Assembly: GCA_026770705.1 (NCBI GenBank)
Contig: JANJGN010000004.1
Location: 9,858,001 to 9,922,000, forward strand
DNA from: Isurus oxyrinchus
Lineage: Eukaryota
Direction of reading: 5' to 3'
Length of the DNA stretch: 64,000 nucleotides
Part shown: positions 1 through 12,660 of the stretch, piece by piece
Layout: the number at the start of each line of letters is the position of its first letter
How positions within the stretch are numbered: the first letter of the stretch is position 1
Notes under the pieces: generated by a model
Databases searched by the model: none
Seen by the model: the letters and a program-made list of their open reading frames with translations, nothing else
What the model was told of the DNA's origin: nothing
Program-made: the position numbers and the translations under genes

Positions 1-135
1 CCAGTTATGATGAAGTCTCATTGACCTGAAAGGTTAACTCTGGTTCTCTCTCCGTAGAGAGAGCTGCCTGACCTGCTGAGTATTTCAAGCATTTTCTGTT
101 TTTATTTCAAATTTCCAGCATCCATAGCACTCTGT
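1..135 (+). mobile_element. Short Penelope-like terminal repeat element with decayed hammerhead core
   Basis: aTGATGA-agtctcattgacct-GAAA-ggtTA followed by ctctctcc...gctgcctgacctgctgagtatttc; reverse-complement copies of the downstream part at ~16585-16665 and ~33690-33760. Confidence 0.55.
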
Positions 136-149
136 TTTTTAAATATTTT

Positions 150-903
150 GGAAATTCTGGTGGATCGTGTGCAGGGCTTTTCCCCTGTCATCAGGCTCAA
201 TGGGGGCCACACGTGCATGGGGACTCATCTCTCGATTTGATTTTCCCCAAGCTACCAATTCTTGGCTAAAGGTTGGGCTCTCAAAGCTTGATGGTCAGTT
301 GGATGCCTTCCAGCTTAAAGATGGCAGCAAATGCCATGGCAGGACAATGAGAGAGAGAGGGCACTTCAGAACGGAGGCGCCACCTCTCCAACTCTTTTGA
401 ATTTGAAATAAAAAATGGCCTATGCAGCCGGGTCATCACTGTGGCCAATTGGGGGGGTGGGGGAGGAGTAGGGGAGTCTTTTTATAGGCTGCCCTACAGC
501 AGCTGCTGCACCCAGGCAGGTAGGGGGAGGGCCTCTCAGTCTGCCTAGAGGGCTGTCTCGCCTTGCCACAGACCCCCCCCCCCCCACCCCTTCCCACCAC
601 CCACCCGACCCCCAACCAAGTCTGCCACCTGCAGGCTGCCTTCAGGCAGCTAAGTTGTCCCTGGCTACCTCCAGGAACCTGGAGGCTGTCTGGAAAATCC
701 AAGTCAGCCTCCTTCAGTTGGCCTTAAGGGATTCTTAATGGCTTTAATCAGGCTGCGACCACCTCCCCCTCTTCAATCCCCACCAACCCCGCTTCAGGGA
801 AAATGCCCTTGGTGCTGGGAAACTGGCATGCCAATCAGTGATGCTATTTTCAGCATCCGCCAGCCCCTGTTCCTGGCCCCAGCAGCCGCTAAAAATCTAG
901 CCC
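150..903. mobile_element. GC-rich non-autonomous Harbinger-type element (MITE-like)
   Basis: Ends in aaaaatctagccc (reverse complement GGGCTAGATTTT, like the Harbinger TIRs elsewhere in the window); internal ttggccttaaggg motif shared with other copies; left boundary uncertain. Confidence 0.5.
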
Positions 904-1529
904 ATGAATACTTGCCGATAAATTCAGAATGTGGAACCCCATGCCAGCCACAGTATTTCCAAGAAATGGACACATTTTGGCTCAACAGGAATGTATTTAT
1001 CCTAGGCATCAGTAGCCCCAGGAGCTTTCAATTCAAGCTTATTAGAAACCAAAGGAATGGCTAACTGACCAAATATCTACCTGATAGAAATTTGCATGTT
1101 CTACATAGAGACTTATATTTTACTCAATATTATTAACTACATGAAGAAAAAGATTACTAACTTTTGCCTTCAAAAAAATTCAAATATATAGTGATTGAAT
1201 AGTTCATTGGACTAGAACAGTTTCATTTTATTAGCAAACCTAGTTCAGATGAGTGGAATGAAAGCCTCCTTCCTGACAGCTATGAAAGAGCTTAAGTGAA
1301 ATGCCCAATCCCAGTCCAAAACTTCCAATAACTCAACACTAATGGTACTAATTAGAGAATATCACTCAGAAGCTATAGGATTCCTGTTGTTGGAAATGGA
1401 AATGTCAGGTTCGTGTAGTGACTCAGATGAACTTGGTTTAAAGCACACAAGGTTTTGCCCTATTGCATGCACATTGTATCAAGACAGGCTGCTTTGTCAT
1501 TTTTTTGATGTTTTGTTCAATGTCCACCT

Positions 1530-1805
1530 CCATCAGAAATTTGCCTTGGGCAGTGGTGGTAACAGACCAGCCCCCTGATGCAATGGAACTGATTAGCAGG
1601 AGCTGTGTATGCTGGGCAGCCAATCTGATATTGCCCATTTTGCACCACTGCCTGACATGAATGTCTACCTCTTCCTTTCTCACTCTCTCCCAGACTCAGA
1701 CAGTGAAACCAATTCTAGTTTTGACTGATGCCACAGCTGAGATCGGCTAACTCAGCCCCAGACTGGGAATTGACTGGGTGCTACATTTAGCCACTAAGCA
1801 ATCCC
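1530..1805 (-). mobile_element. Ancient SINE-like repeat
   Basis: ctcagacagtgaaaccaattctag...cagctgagatcggctaactcagc is the reverse-complement homolog of 4550-4630 (gctgagttagctgatttc...ctagaattggcttcactgtctgag). Confidence 0.45.
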
Positions 1806-1843
1806 AAAAATAGAGACTGACTTGATGATTTTTCCTGGTACTG

Positions 1844-3908
1844 TAAGACCATAAGTTGTAGGAGCAGGAGTAGTCCATTGAGTCTGCTCTGCCATTCAAT
1901 GAGATCATGGCTGATCTGATAATCCTCAACTCCACTTTTCTGCCTTTTCCTCATAACCCTTGATCCCCTTACTGATTAAAAATCTGTCTATCTCAGCCTT
2001 GAATATACTTAACGACCCAGCCTCTACATCCCTCTGTGTAAAGAATTCCACAGATTCACTACCCTCTGAGAGAAGAAATTCCTCCTCATCTCTGTTTTAA
2101 ATAGCCGCCCCCTTACTCTGAGATTATGCCCTCTGGTCCTAAATTTTCCCACATGGGGAAAGAACCTCTCAGCATCTATCCTGTCAAGCCCCTTAAGAAT
2201 CTTATATGTTTCACTAAAGTCGTCTCTCATTCTTCTAAACTTTCATGAGTACAGGCCCAACCTACTCAACCTCTCCTCATAAGAAAATCCCTCCATACCT
2301 GGGATCAATCTAGTGAACCCTCGCTGGACTGCCTCCAGTGTCAGCATATCTTTCCTCAGATAAGAGGACCAAAATTATTCACAGTATTCTAGGTGTGGTC
2401 TAATTAGTGCCTTGTATAGTTTCAGCAAGTCTTCCCTATTTTTATACTCCATTCCCACTGAAATAAAGGCCAACATTCCATTTGCTTTCCCTGTTACCTG
2501 CTGAACTTGTATGTTAGTTTCTTGGGATTCGTGCACAAGGACCCCCAAATCTCTCTGTGCTGCAGCCTTCTGCAGTCTTTCTCCATTTAAATAATATTCA
2601 GATCCTCTATTCTTCCTGCCAAAGCAGATAACCTCACATTTTCCCACATTATATTGCATCTATCAAGTTTTTGCGCACTCACTTAACTTGTCTGTAGACT
2701 CCTTGTGTCATCCTCACCACTTGCCTTCCCACCTATTTTTGTGTCTTCTGCAAACTTGGTGATAGTACATTCACTTCCTTCATCTAAGTTATTAATATAT
2801 ACTGTAAATAATTAAGGCCCCAGTGCTGATCCCTGTGGCAGTCCACTAGTTACATGTTGCCATCCAGAAAATGGCCCCCTATCCCTACTGTCTGTCTTCT
2901 CTTAGTTAGCCAATTCTCTATCCATGCTAATATACTGCCCCCAACACCATGGGCTCTTATCTTAGTAAGTAGCCTTGTGTGCGGTACCTTATTGAACGCC
3001 TTTTGGAGATCCAAATATATTCCATCTACTGGTTCCCCTTTATCTGTCCTGCTTGTTTCCTCCTCAAAGAATTCTAATAAATGTGTTAGGCATGATTTTC
3101 CCTTCATAAAGCTATGCTGACTCTGCTTGATTAGATTATGTATTTCTAAATGCTCTGCTATTACATCCTTTACAAAAGACTCCAACATTTTCCCAAAGAC
3201 AGATGTTAAGCTAACTGGCCTATAGTTACCTGTTTTTTGTCTCCCTCCATTTTTGAATAAGGGTGTTATATTGGCCGTTCACCAATCCTCTGGGACTTCT
3301 CCAGAATCTAAAGATTCTTGGAAGATTACTACCGTTGCATCCACAATCTCTGTAGCTAATTCCGTTAATATCTTAGGATACAACCCATCAGGTCCAGGGG
3401 ACTTATTGGCCTTTAGTCCCATTAGTTTCCCTAGTACTATTTCCCTAGTGATAGTTATTGTATTTATTTCCTCTCCCGCTTTTGCCCCTTGATTATTTAG
3501 TATTTTTGGAATGTTGTATCTTCCACAGTGAAAGCTGAAGCAAAGTACTTATTCAACTCCTCTGCCATTTCCTGGTTCCCCATTATTATTTCCGCAGCCT
3601 CATTCTCTAAGGAGCCTACGTTCACTTTGGCCTCTCTGTCCTATTTTATATATTCAAAGAAGCTCTCACTGTCCATTTTTATATTACTTGCTAGTTTACC
3701 CTCAAAGGTTATTTTTTCCCTCTCTATTTTTTTGATCATCTTTTGTTGGTATTTAAAATGTTCCCAATCCTCTGGCTTACCACTAATCTTTGCCATATTG
3801 TATGTTTTTTCTTTTAATTTGATACTGTCCTTAACTTCCTTGGTTAATCATGGTTGGTTTATCCCCTTCCTAGAATCCTTCTTCCTTACTGGGATATATT
3901 TTTGTTAA
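1844..3908 (-). mobile_element. CR1 LINE (family A), 5'-truncated ORF2 RT region and 3' end, decayed
   Basis: Minus-strand peptides KQSQHSFMKGKSCLTHLLEFFE, IYLDLQKAFNKVPH, LYKALIRPHLEYC, RTRGHNLRVRGRLFKTEMRRNFFSQRVVNLWNSL; fragmented by stops and frameshifts. Confidence 0.92.
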
Positions 3909-4544
3909 GAGATTTTTAATGTTTATCAAACCAGTTACATTTGCTATAGCATTATGGCAAAGTCGACTTGTAACTGCGCCATCTGTTAATTCAAAGAGAA
4001 AGCTGTTAACATTATTTAGGTTAATCTGGTAGATTGTTAGCAGTAAAATCACCATGTTAGCAATTCCAGCAACAAAATATGCTCAAGACACACTGCTCCT
4101 TTAAATAAATGTGTCCATAATAATAATATTCTGTGGCTGCGTATTGCCTTCTGTTTCCAACCAAGATCATTTTCTGAAGATACAACAGCACAGCCCATCC
4201 CAACACTAATAATGGGCATCGACATTCACACTCAATTGGAATGTGTCAGCTTGTACCTATTATTAATCGTCTCCCCTGCAAACCCCTAAGTGGTATTTTA
4301 CTTTTTTTGTCTTTCAAGCAATTCCAACATGGCCATTATCTGTAAATTACAAATTAGTTGGATTCTTTTGTTATTTTGGATGTTACATGAGCTTTTGAAA
4401 GTAGTTGGTATGAGAGCCACAAAATTCAGCTCCATGGTGTCGTTGGTGTTAGCGCTAAAGAAGCCGAAAGCTGCAAATATGTTGCCAGGCCGCTTCCGGC
4501 TATTTTGGAAGTAGACTACATGCTGCACTATGACTGTAAGGGTG

Positions 4545-4690
4545 CTGATCTGGAGCTGAGTTAGCTGATTTCATCTGTGCCATCAGTTAAGCTAGAATTG
4601 GCTTCACTGTCTGAGCTTGGGAGAGAGTGGAAAAGAAAAGGGTAGTATTTTGTCTTGGGCAGTGGCACTAAGCGGGCACTGTCAGGGTCG
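4545..4690 (+). mobile_element. Ancient SINE-like repeat fragment
   Basis: Inverted homolog of ~1690-1775. Confidence 0.4.
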
Positions 4691-4699
4691 ACCACCCAT

Positions 4700-6065
4700 T
4701 ATACATGTGCATGTTGTGTGTGGTTGAAACATGCACAGTGTGGTTGAGAGCTTCATGTTTATAGATGTGTTTAGATGTTTATAGATGCTGCAGCTTAAGA
4801 GTATGAAAGGGGAGAGGGAATGTATGACCATCAGAGAGTTGAGAAGAAACAGGCAGGTAGTGAAGGAGCCCCCTGTGTGCATCCCACTCTCCAACCAGTG
4901 TTCAGTTCTGAGTACTGATGAGTGAGGGTTCATCTGGGGAATGCTGCCTGATCCAAGTCCATGGCACCACGGCTGGTTCAGCTGTACAGGGGGAGAAGGC
5001 TGGAAGGGCCACAGTTATAGGAAATTTGGTAGTTGGGGAACAAACGGCCATTCCTGTGCCATAGATCTGAATCCAGGATGGCATGTTGCCCCCCCTGGTG
5101 CCAGGGTCAAGGATGTCACTGAATGGCTGCAAAGCACTCTTAGATGGGGTGGATCAGTGGTTGTGATTCACATCAGCAACAACAATGTAAGTAGTAAAAG
5201 TGTTGTGGTTCTGCAGTCAAAATTTGTTGAGTCAGGTAGGAAACATGCAAATAAGACCTCAAAAGTAGTAATCTCCAGATTACTCGAGTACCATGCACAA
5301 GTGAGTTTAGAAATAGGAGGACAGAGCAAACAAATGCGTGGCTGGAAATATAATGCATGAGGGAGGGACATTGGGACTAGTTTTGGGGGAGATGGAGTCA
5401 AGTTGCATATAAGCAGAGTTGAGACCAATTTCCATGTAAGAAGATTTGCTAGTACTATTGGGGAGGGTTTAATCTAATTTGGCAATGCTATAGGAACCAG
5501 GAGGTAATACTAGAGAGGAATACCAAGATGCACAGAATACTGGGAGAGACAGATAGCACCAGAGTAGCAAATAGTAAGGTATTAGTTGAGTTCAGCATAA
5601 GGAGGAAAGTAATAGTTTAAATTAGGGTTATTGTGTCAGTCTGTGAATGCAGAGTGTGGTAAATAAGATTGGTAAGTTGCAGGCACAGTTAGCCATGTAG
5701 AAATACAATGTTATAGCAATAACAGGGACCTGCTATAAGAACAGCATGAATCCTGGATACGAGATATTCAGGAAGGAAGGTAAGGGGAAGGGGTGGCAGT
5801 ATTGATTAAGGAGAACATTACTGTGCTGGAGATAGAGGATTTTCCAAAGGGACAGAATCTATTTGGCTAGAGCTAAGGAACAAAGAATGTGCAATTATAT
5901 TGCTAGGTCTAGCCTATGGGACACCAACTAGTGGGAAAAATGATGGGAGGTGGGGGTGGGGGGGGTGGGAGAGTTACACTTAGTGAATCGTTCCTTATGA
6001 GAGCCAGCACAGGCACAATGGGCTGACTAGCTGCCTTCTGTGCTGTAACCTTTATATGATTCTAT
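4700..6065 (+). mobile_element. CR1 LINE 5' part (ORF1 SGNH-esterase remnant and start of ORF2 endonuclease) joined to a short 3' tail
   Basis: PPGARVKDVTEWLQ and VVVIHISNNNV resemble the CR1 ORF1 esterase motifs (PGA..D, VHVGTND); 5640-5935 is homologous to the EN fragment at 10640-11100; CR1-type tail at ~6000-6065. Confidence 0.8.
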
Positions 6066-6104
6066 TGTGATGCCAAACAGCTTTGAACATGATTTCTATG
6101 TCAG

Positions 6105-6392
6105 CAGATCCTTCCAGTTGGGGGCAGGTAACATTGTCAACTCTTCACCATGCACTGCTGCAGCAAGGAGGTGACAGAGGCCCTATAGACCAGGAGAGAT
6201 AGTTCATATTCTTTTCTCTTAGCAGAGAGAAGCAGGAACATGAGTACATGGCTTTGTCAGGCTAGTGGGATTCCCACACACGAGGCTCTGTGGGTGCCCC
6301 ATATTAACAGAGTTGTACTGTAATTGCAAGAGCAAGAATGAACATGCAGCTAGTGTGTGACCATGCACAGAACATCCTGCTGGTGAATATCA
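6105..6392 (+). pseudogene. Harbinger (HARBI1-type) transposase fragment
   Basis: atgaacatgcagctagtgtgtgaccatgcacagaacatcctg = NMQLVCDHAQNIL, matching NVQLVRDH and NFQLVCDN in the other transposase copies. Confidence 0.6.
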
Positions 6393-6399
6393 TCAACAA

Positions 6400-6885
6400 C
6401 ATATCTTTACATAATGCCTTTAATGTAATGAAACATCCCAATGCGCTTCACAGGAGCAACATAAGACAAAATACGACATCGAGCCACATAAGGAGATGTT
6501 AGGTCAGGTGGTCAAAAGCTTGCTCAAAGGGGTAGGTTTTAAGGATTGTCTTATAGGATCAAAGAGAGGTAGAGAGGCGGCGAGATGTAAGGAGGATATT
6601 ACAGAGCTTGGGGCCTCAGCCACTGAAGGTATGGCCACCAATGGCGGAGTAGTTAAAATTGGGGATGCACAAGAGGCCACAAGTGGAGGAGCACTGATAT
6701 CTGGGGGTTAAAGGGCTGGAGGATACTGCAAAGACCAGGAGGGGCGAGGCCATGAGGGGTTTGAAAACAAGGATGAGAATTTTAAAATCAAGACGTTGTT
6801 TGACTGGGGGCCAACGTGGGCCAGTGAGCACTGGGCTGATTGGGGAACAGGACTTGCCATGGATAAGCGTTCTACTGGATATGGG
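6400..6885 (-). mobile_element. L2 LINE 3' end
   Basis: Minus-strand peptide SPISPVL..WPPVKQRLDFKILILVFK typical of the L2 ORF2 C-terminus; L2-type tail near 6400-6450. Confidence 0.8.
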
Positions 6886-7109
6886 GTAATCACGCATTGC
6901 GAATCCCAGGCCCAGAAATAGTTTTCATTGAATGTTTATCCTGGGTGTTTAAAGCTTTCTAATTACAATACAGTGAACTAGTTATTAGAGTCTTTTATGA
7001 TGGAGAAATACATCAAGGAAATAAATAGATATACTGTGCATTGTTGTTTAACTGCCATTTAGAAATAAATAACGTGTTACATATAGGCTGATTAAGTATG
7101 TTTAAAACC

Positions 7110-8315
7110 TCTGAGGAGGTAGAAGAGAGGGAGAGGAGGACAGCTGTCCACAGGCAGCATTGCTGGGGGGGACCTGTCGGAGGGGAGGTGCAGGCACAGG
7201 GGATGCAGGGCCATCAGGGAGAGCAAGGCGGAAGGGATCGCAGAAGGTGCCACTATCCTGCTGCCAGAGTGTACAGGCAGCGATCCAGCTACCTCAACAT
7301 GTCTGAGATCCAGTACTGCACAAGAATCCTCCTCCCTAGGGACATCATGACATCAATATGTCAGGTGATTGGTCCGAAGATCACCCCCAATTGTGTGGGT
7401 GGACACTCAATGCCAGTGGTCCTGAAGGTCATGGTAGCCCTCAATATATTTTTGCTTCTGGATCTCTCCAGGGGTCAGTGGGAGATTTGTGTGGAGCGTC
7501 CCAGTCAGCTGTCCACAGTTGTCAGGCTCATCACTGATGCTCTGTTCAGACAGGTCCTCACATTCATTCATTACCGGATGGACCAAACTAGCCAGGCTGA
7601 GCAAGCCAGAGGCTTCATAGTTATTGATGAGTTCCCCCGCATCCAGGGTACCAATGGACTGCACTTAAGTGGCCACCAAGGCACCAGCGGGTCAGCTGGG
7701 TGCTTTCATGAATGAAAAAGGTTTCCACTCCATGAACATGCAGATAGTGCATGAACACAAGACCCAGATTCTGCAAGCCTGTGCAAGATACCCTGGTAGC
7801 TCCCATGATGCATACATCCTGCGGCACTCCCAGGTACCAAGACTGTTCATGGTTCCAGCTCGACTGGATTGTTGGTTGCTGGGTGTCAAAGGATATCCCT
7901 TGAAAAGTTGGCTCGGAACGCCACTCTGGCACCTAAGGAGAGAGGCGGAAGAGAGGTACAACTGGAGTTATGCCTCCACAAGGGCAATGGTTAAAAGGAC
8001 CATTGTGGTGCTGAAGATGACCTATTGGGCGGGGGGTGGGGGGGGGGGGGGTGCCCTGCAATAACCTCTGGAGCATGTGTTGCTTATCATTGTTGTCTGC
8101 TGTGCTCTGCACAATCTGGCATTGGCAAGGGGGGGACCCACTGGCGGATAAGGATAGTAAGGCAGTTCCACAGGCCTCGGAGGAGGATTCCGCTGATGGA
8201 CCTGATGAGGAGACCAGGCAGGCACAGGGTGAGGGCATGGAGGTCGACTTAAGGAATCTTCAGGGAGGCAGGGACACTGGGGAGGCCTTGATTCGACGCT
8301 CCTTCAGCGAGGCTG
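7110..8315 (+). pseudogene. Harbinger transposase (DDE_Tnp_4/HARBI1-like), inactivated
   Basis: RVYRQRSSYLNMSE, PVVLKVMVALN, NEKGFHSMNMQIV, CARYPGSSHDAYILRHS, WLLGVKGYPLKSWL; multiple frameshifts; catalytic D replaced (GDKGY > GVKGY). Confidence 0.9.
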
Positions 8316-8409
8316 TCAAGGCTTGGCTTCCTCCTCAGTGCAAGGCAGCCGCCTCCTTCACACACATTCCTGAGAAGGCAATGTCACTTCACAACCTCGG
8401 GAATAAAGT

Positions 8410-8701
8410 TTGCTCAGCCTGGCTAGTTTGGTCCATCCGGTAATGGATGAATGTGAGGACCTGTCTGAACAGAGCATCAGTGACGAGCCTGACAACTGTG
8501 GACAGCTGACTGGGACGCTCCACACAGATCTCCCACTGACCCCTGGAGAGATCCAGAAGCAAAAATATTGAGGGCTACTGTGACCTTCAGGACCACTGGC
8601 ATTGAGTGTCCATCCACACAGTTAGGGGTGATCTTCGGACCAATCACCTGACATATTGATGTCATGGTGTCCCTAGAGAGGAGGATTCTTGTGCAGTACT
8701 G
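8410..8701 (-). repeat. Local inverted duplication of 7311-7604
   Basis: Reverse complement matches cagtactgcacaagaatcctcc...ctagccaggctgagcaa with only scattered mismatches. Confidence 0.95.
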
Positions 8702-8889
8702 CAAGGCACTGATGTGGCCTGCACCAATGGAAAACATGGTGGACACTCGGCATTGAAGCAGAACCTAGATTTATATCTTTTTCAGAGTTGCAAAAAAAGG
8801 AACAAAACATAATTTCCTTGCTACTGTCACACAAGAGCAATACATAACACTAATGAAATGAAAGAATGTCACCCGTGATAACCCCATCC

Positions 8890-9820
8890 TGTGCTTATGG
8901 TGCCTTAAACTTAACCTTGTGAGTGTTGTGGCTTGATACAACCCCACCCCCCCCCCTCCCCTCCCCCCCACCCCTATCAGTGATAGCGGCATTGGAGGCA
9001 GATTGCTGACTCTGCTGTTGTGTCGGCCCTGATGACCTTGGCGGTCATCCTCTGGCCATCGGGACCCAAGCGGACTCTGCCCGCGAGGGTGTGACCAGCG
9101 ACATGGCTGGGCACTCCTCAGTCACTGTGGCCTCAGAAGATGCGGCGGGCACTGGCAGAAAGGTGGAGAAGCTGCAGTCCTCGTCTGGAGTGCCATGAGA
9201 GGAGCCCACAGAGACAACAGGCAGATCATCTGCTAGCGTAAGGACTGCCTGGGGTTCTTTTCTTACCATTGATGATCAGGTATCTAGCAGAGAGGCTATC
9301 ATACATCTGTCACACTGGCAGTGACCTCCTGTGGAAGTGCAGATCTGAGTGTGATCTCAGGAACCCCCGATTCTGTTCCTGAGCTGCCTCTTCATGAGAG
9401 TTGCCACCCTCTTAATGGAGAAGGCTGTGCACCTCGCATGGACTCGTCCATGTCAGAGACCAAGGTACTCAAACCCTCAGGGATCTCTGCCAGATCTCCC
9501 TGTGCTTCTCGCTGGACACCCAGAATCTGCGGCCTGATGGACAACTCCAGAGGCTCATCTGCTTCAGACTCAGTATTGTCCTGGTCCCCAGCTGTCCTCA
9601 GACACTGGGCACATTGGGCACTCTCTGCCTCCCCCATCTCCTCATGCGAGTACACCATGACCTCCCCACAGTGCACTGAGCTGATGAAATTCAGCCCACC
9701 GACATGCTTGTATCTGAGTTGGTGCCTGGTAACAAGAGAGGGTGTGATGCAGGTGGATCTCCTCCTCCAGTGTCAATTGAGGATCCTCGGGGCTGCGGTC
9801 ACCTCTGGAGAATGGTGGAT
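8890..9820 (-). pseudogene. Last exon of the Harbinger second (Myb/SANT-like) gene, convergent with the transposase at 7110-8315
   Basis: Minus-strand acceptor ttttcctccctcag at ~9821-9835; ESEADEPLE matches ESDDEPLD at 39135; C-terminal QSQQSAS matches SQQA in the copies at 39720 and 63630. Confidence 0.65.
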
Positions 9821-10239
9821 CTGAGGGAGGAAAACAATATGTCAGTGGTGTCACTCATCAGATAGTCAGTGTGCATGCTAGGCGGAGGGGTTGTGACTAT
9901 GGACAGCAGCATCAAGGTACCATTTTCATTGCTGGATCATTGGAGACTCTTGATTAGAAGTTACATGGTTTGTAGTCTCTGCCTGTCCCACATCTGTCTA
10001 CTGGACTCTTACCTTTGTCAGGGATGCCTGCCTCTCTGTGACCTGATGACCTTGCATTGGAGATCTAGAGCGTCCATACTAGGCCCACCAAATGAAAGAG
10101 GCCTGGGCAGAGGTGGCCCACGCCCCCGGGAAGCAGGTTGAAGTGACTGGTCTGATCTACCAGCCTTAGAAGGCCTAGGCATATGCGTCTTCTGTTACTC
10201 TGAGTCTGACACTCTTGAGTGCCAAGAGGACCAGCCTGC

Positions 10240-11150
10240 TTATTCTACCCTTCTATTTTGAGGGAACATATCTTGACTGTGCCCAAACCATCTCCTTTTT
10301 GATGGTAGCTCAATGTTCAGATACTGTTTTCCCACCAACCTTTGGTTCCTGTCTATCCGGCCCAGCTCCGTTCTTGCCCCATTGAAGTCCGCTCTGTGCC
10401 AGTTAATTATTCTTACTCTGAATTGACCAACATCCTTTTCTACCGTCATACTAAATCTTATGATATAATGATCACTTTTCCCCTAAATGTTCCCCCACTG
10501 TCACTTGATCTACATAGTCCACCTCATTCCCAAGAACCAGGTCTAGCAGTGCCTCCTTTCTTGTTGGACTGGAGACATACTGCTGTAGGAAATTCTCTTG
10601 AACACAATCTAGGAATGCTTGTCCCTCACTGCACCTTACCTACCACTATCCCAGTCTATATACGAGTAATTAAAGTCTCCCATTATCACTACTCTACAAT
10701 GTTTACCGCTCTCTGTAATTTCCTTACAGATTTGTTCCTCTATATCCTTCCCACTAGCTGGTGGTCTATATATTACACCGAGCAATGTAATTGCACCCTT
10801 CTCATTCCTTAGCTCTAGCCAAATCGATTCCGTCCTTGAATCCTCGGACACATCCTCTTTCTCCAGTATTGCAATTCTCTCCTTAACCAAAAACACCATC
10901 CCTCCTTTTTTTTTAATCTTCCCTACCTTTTCTGAATACTTTGTAACTAAGAATATTTAGCACCCAGACCTGCCCTTCCTTAAGCCAGGTCCAAGTTATC
11001 ACCACAACATCATAATCCCACAAGGCGATCTGTGCCTGTAACTCCCCAATTTTATTAACTATACTCCGTGCATCCACATACATGCAGTGTAACCCTGATT
11101 TAGACTTCATTACTTGCTCCCTCACTACGACTCCATCTATTAACTTCCTG
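10240..11150 (-). mobile_element. CR1 LINE ORF2 APE-endonuclease fragment
   Basis: CMYVDARSIVNKIGEL, YDVVVITWTWL, ESIWLELRN, GVIYRPP, VVIMGDFNY. Confidence 0.88.
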
Positions 11151-11539
11151 CCTCCATGAGAGTGTGCAGGCACTCATCCAAGAAGCGGGGGTGGGGGCGG
11201 GGGGGGTGGGGGGGGGGTGCAAAATGCCCATCCATATTGCCCTCCCACCTGGCATTTCTAGTGGGTGCAGATGCCATACCTTCAGATTAGATTTGGTCAG
11301 CTCCCCGTGCCACCTATGGAACTCCTGGCAGCCTTCAGGGTGCTGCATCAGCCAATTAAGAACAGCCGGCTGGGTCGCCATTGGACCGAGCACCTGTCTC
11401 CCTCCTGCCCCTGCCTTCAGCCCTTCCCCAATGTCGGGGAACGTTTCATGCTGGCCAGCGCTTCATTGGCGGAAGCAGCAATCGTGGCCACTTGCGGGCC
11501 TGACGATTGTGTGCGCACAATGTGCCCAAAATTCAGGCC
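11150..11539. mobile_element. Harbinger terminal arm (probable right end of the 7.1-9.8 kb element)
   Basis: GC-rich segment ending aaaattcaggcc (reverse complement GGCCTGAATTTT, TIR-like). Confidence 0.45.
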
Positions 11540-11574
11540 ATGGTTCAAGGTGATTTTGCATTGCTAGTTTTGTT

Positions 11575-11930
11575 TACCTGGAGATTGGGGTTGATCAGGG
11601 TGCTCAGATATCCTAGAGGGTTTTAGATTTGGAGGAAATTACAGAGATAGGAAGAGATGATGGCATAATGGAATTTGAAAATGAGGATGAGCCCGGAACT
11701 GATGCAGGTCAGTGAGTACAGGCATGATGAGCGAATGACATTGGTGTGAGTTAGCACACAGACAGCAGTATTTTGAATGACCTCAAGTTTACAGAGAGTA
11801 GAATGTGGGAGGCTGGCTATGAGTGTGTTAAAATAGTCAAGTCTGGAATAATGAATGCATGAATGAGGGTTTCATAGCATAAGAGCTGAGGCAGGGGCGG
11901 AGATGGGTTATGTTACAGAGTGGGAAATAG
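11575..11930 (-). mobile_element. L2 LINE fragment
   Basis: gaatttgaaaatgaggatgag and aaatagtcaagtctgga are homologous to or continue the L2 copy at 6750-6800 (minus-strand SRLDYF motif). Confidence 0.65.
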
Positions 11931-12146
11931 GCACAGATATGTATATAAATAAATGTAAATAAACAAATACAGTATAGGTGTATTATATCTGGTTGAGTAT
12001 TCCAATCAAATAAATGTGTTCTTTCATGTGATATTTTCTGTATGTCATGCCATTTCTAATGGACTGCATCTGTTTTGTGGCTACCTGCCACATAGATAAC
12101 CAATAAGACTTTTTACATAATATAGATCAAATTTTCTTCTTCGTGC

Positions 12147-12660
12147 GAATGGATTGAGGAGCAGAGCATTAGGACTCAGGGTGAATGGATTGAGGAGCAG
12201 AGCATTGGGACTCAGGGTGAATGGATTGAGGAGCAGAGCATTGGGACTCAGGGTGAATGGGAAGGGGTGTCAGAGCATTGGGAATCAGAGTGAATGGGAA
12301 GGGGTGTCAGAGCATTGGGAATCAGAGTGAATGGGAAGGGGTGTCAGAGCATTGGGAAATAGGGTGAATGGGAAGGGGTGTCAGAGCATTGGGAAATAGG
12401 GTGAATGGGAAGGGGTGTCAGAGCAATGGGATTCAGGGTGAATGGGAAGAAATGGTAGAGCATTGGGAAATAGGGTGAATGGGAAGGGGTGTCAGAGCAT
12501 TGGGAAACAGGGTGAATGGGAAGGGGTGTCAGAGCATTGGGAAATAGGGTGAATGGGAAGGGGTGTCAGAGCAATGGGATTCAGGGTGAATGGGAAGAAA
12601 TGGTAGAGCATTGGGAAACAGGGTGAATGGGAAGAGATGGTAGAACTTTGGGACTGAGGT
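12147..12660 (+). repeat. G-rich minisatellite, ~14 units of 36-37 bp
   Basis: Tandem units GAATGGGAAGGGGTGTCAGAGCATTGGGAAATAGGGT and variants; no unique spacers. Confidence 0.97.

Noticed and set aside
4290-4528. Overlapping ORFs on both strands in unique sequence as possible exon
   Set aside because: No recognisable homology and no convincing acceptor-donor pair
7098-8064. Intact host HARBI1 gene
   Set aside because: All transposase copies have frameshifts, stops or catalytic substitutions and lie in transposon architecture
12147-12660. CRISPR-like array of ~37-bp repeats
   Set aside because: Units are contiguous with no unique spacers, there are no cas genes, and the context is vertebrate; it is a minisatellite
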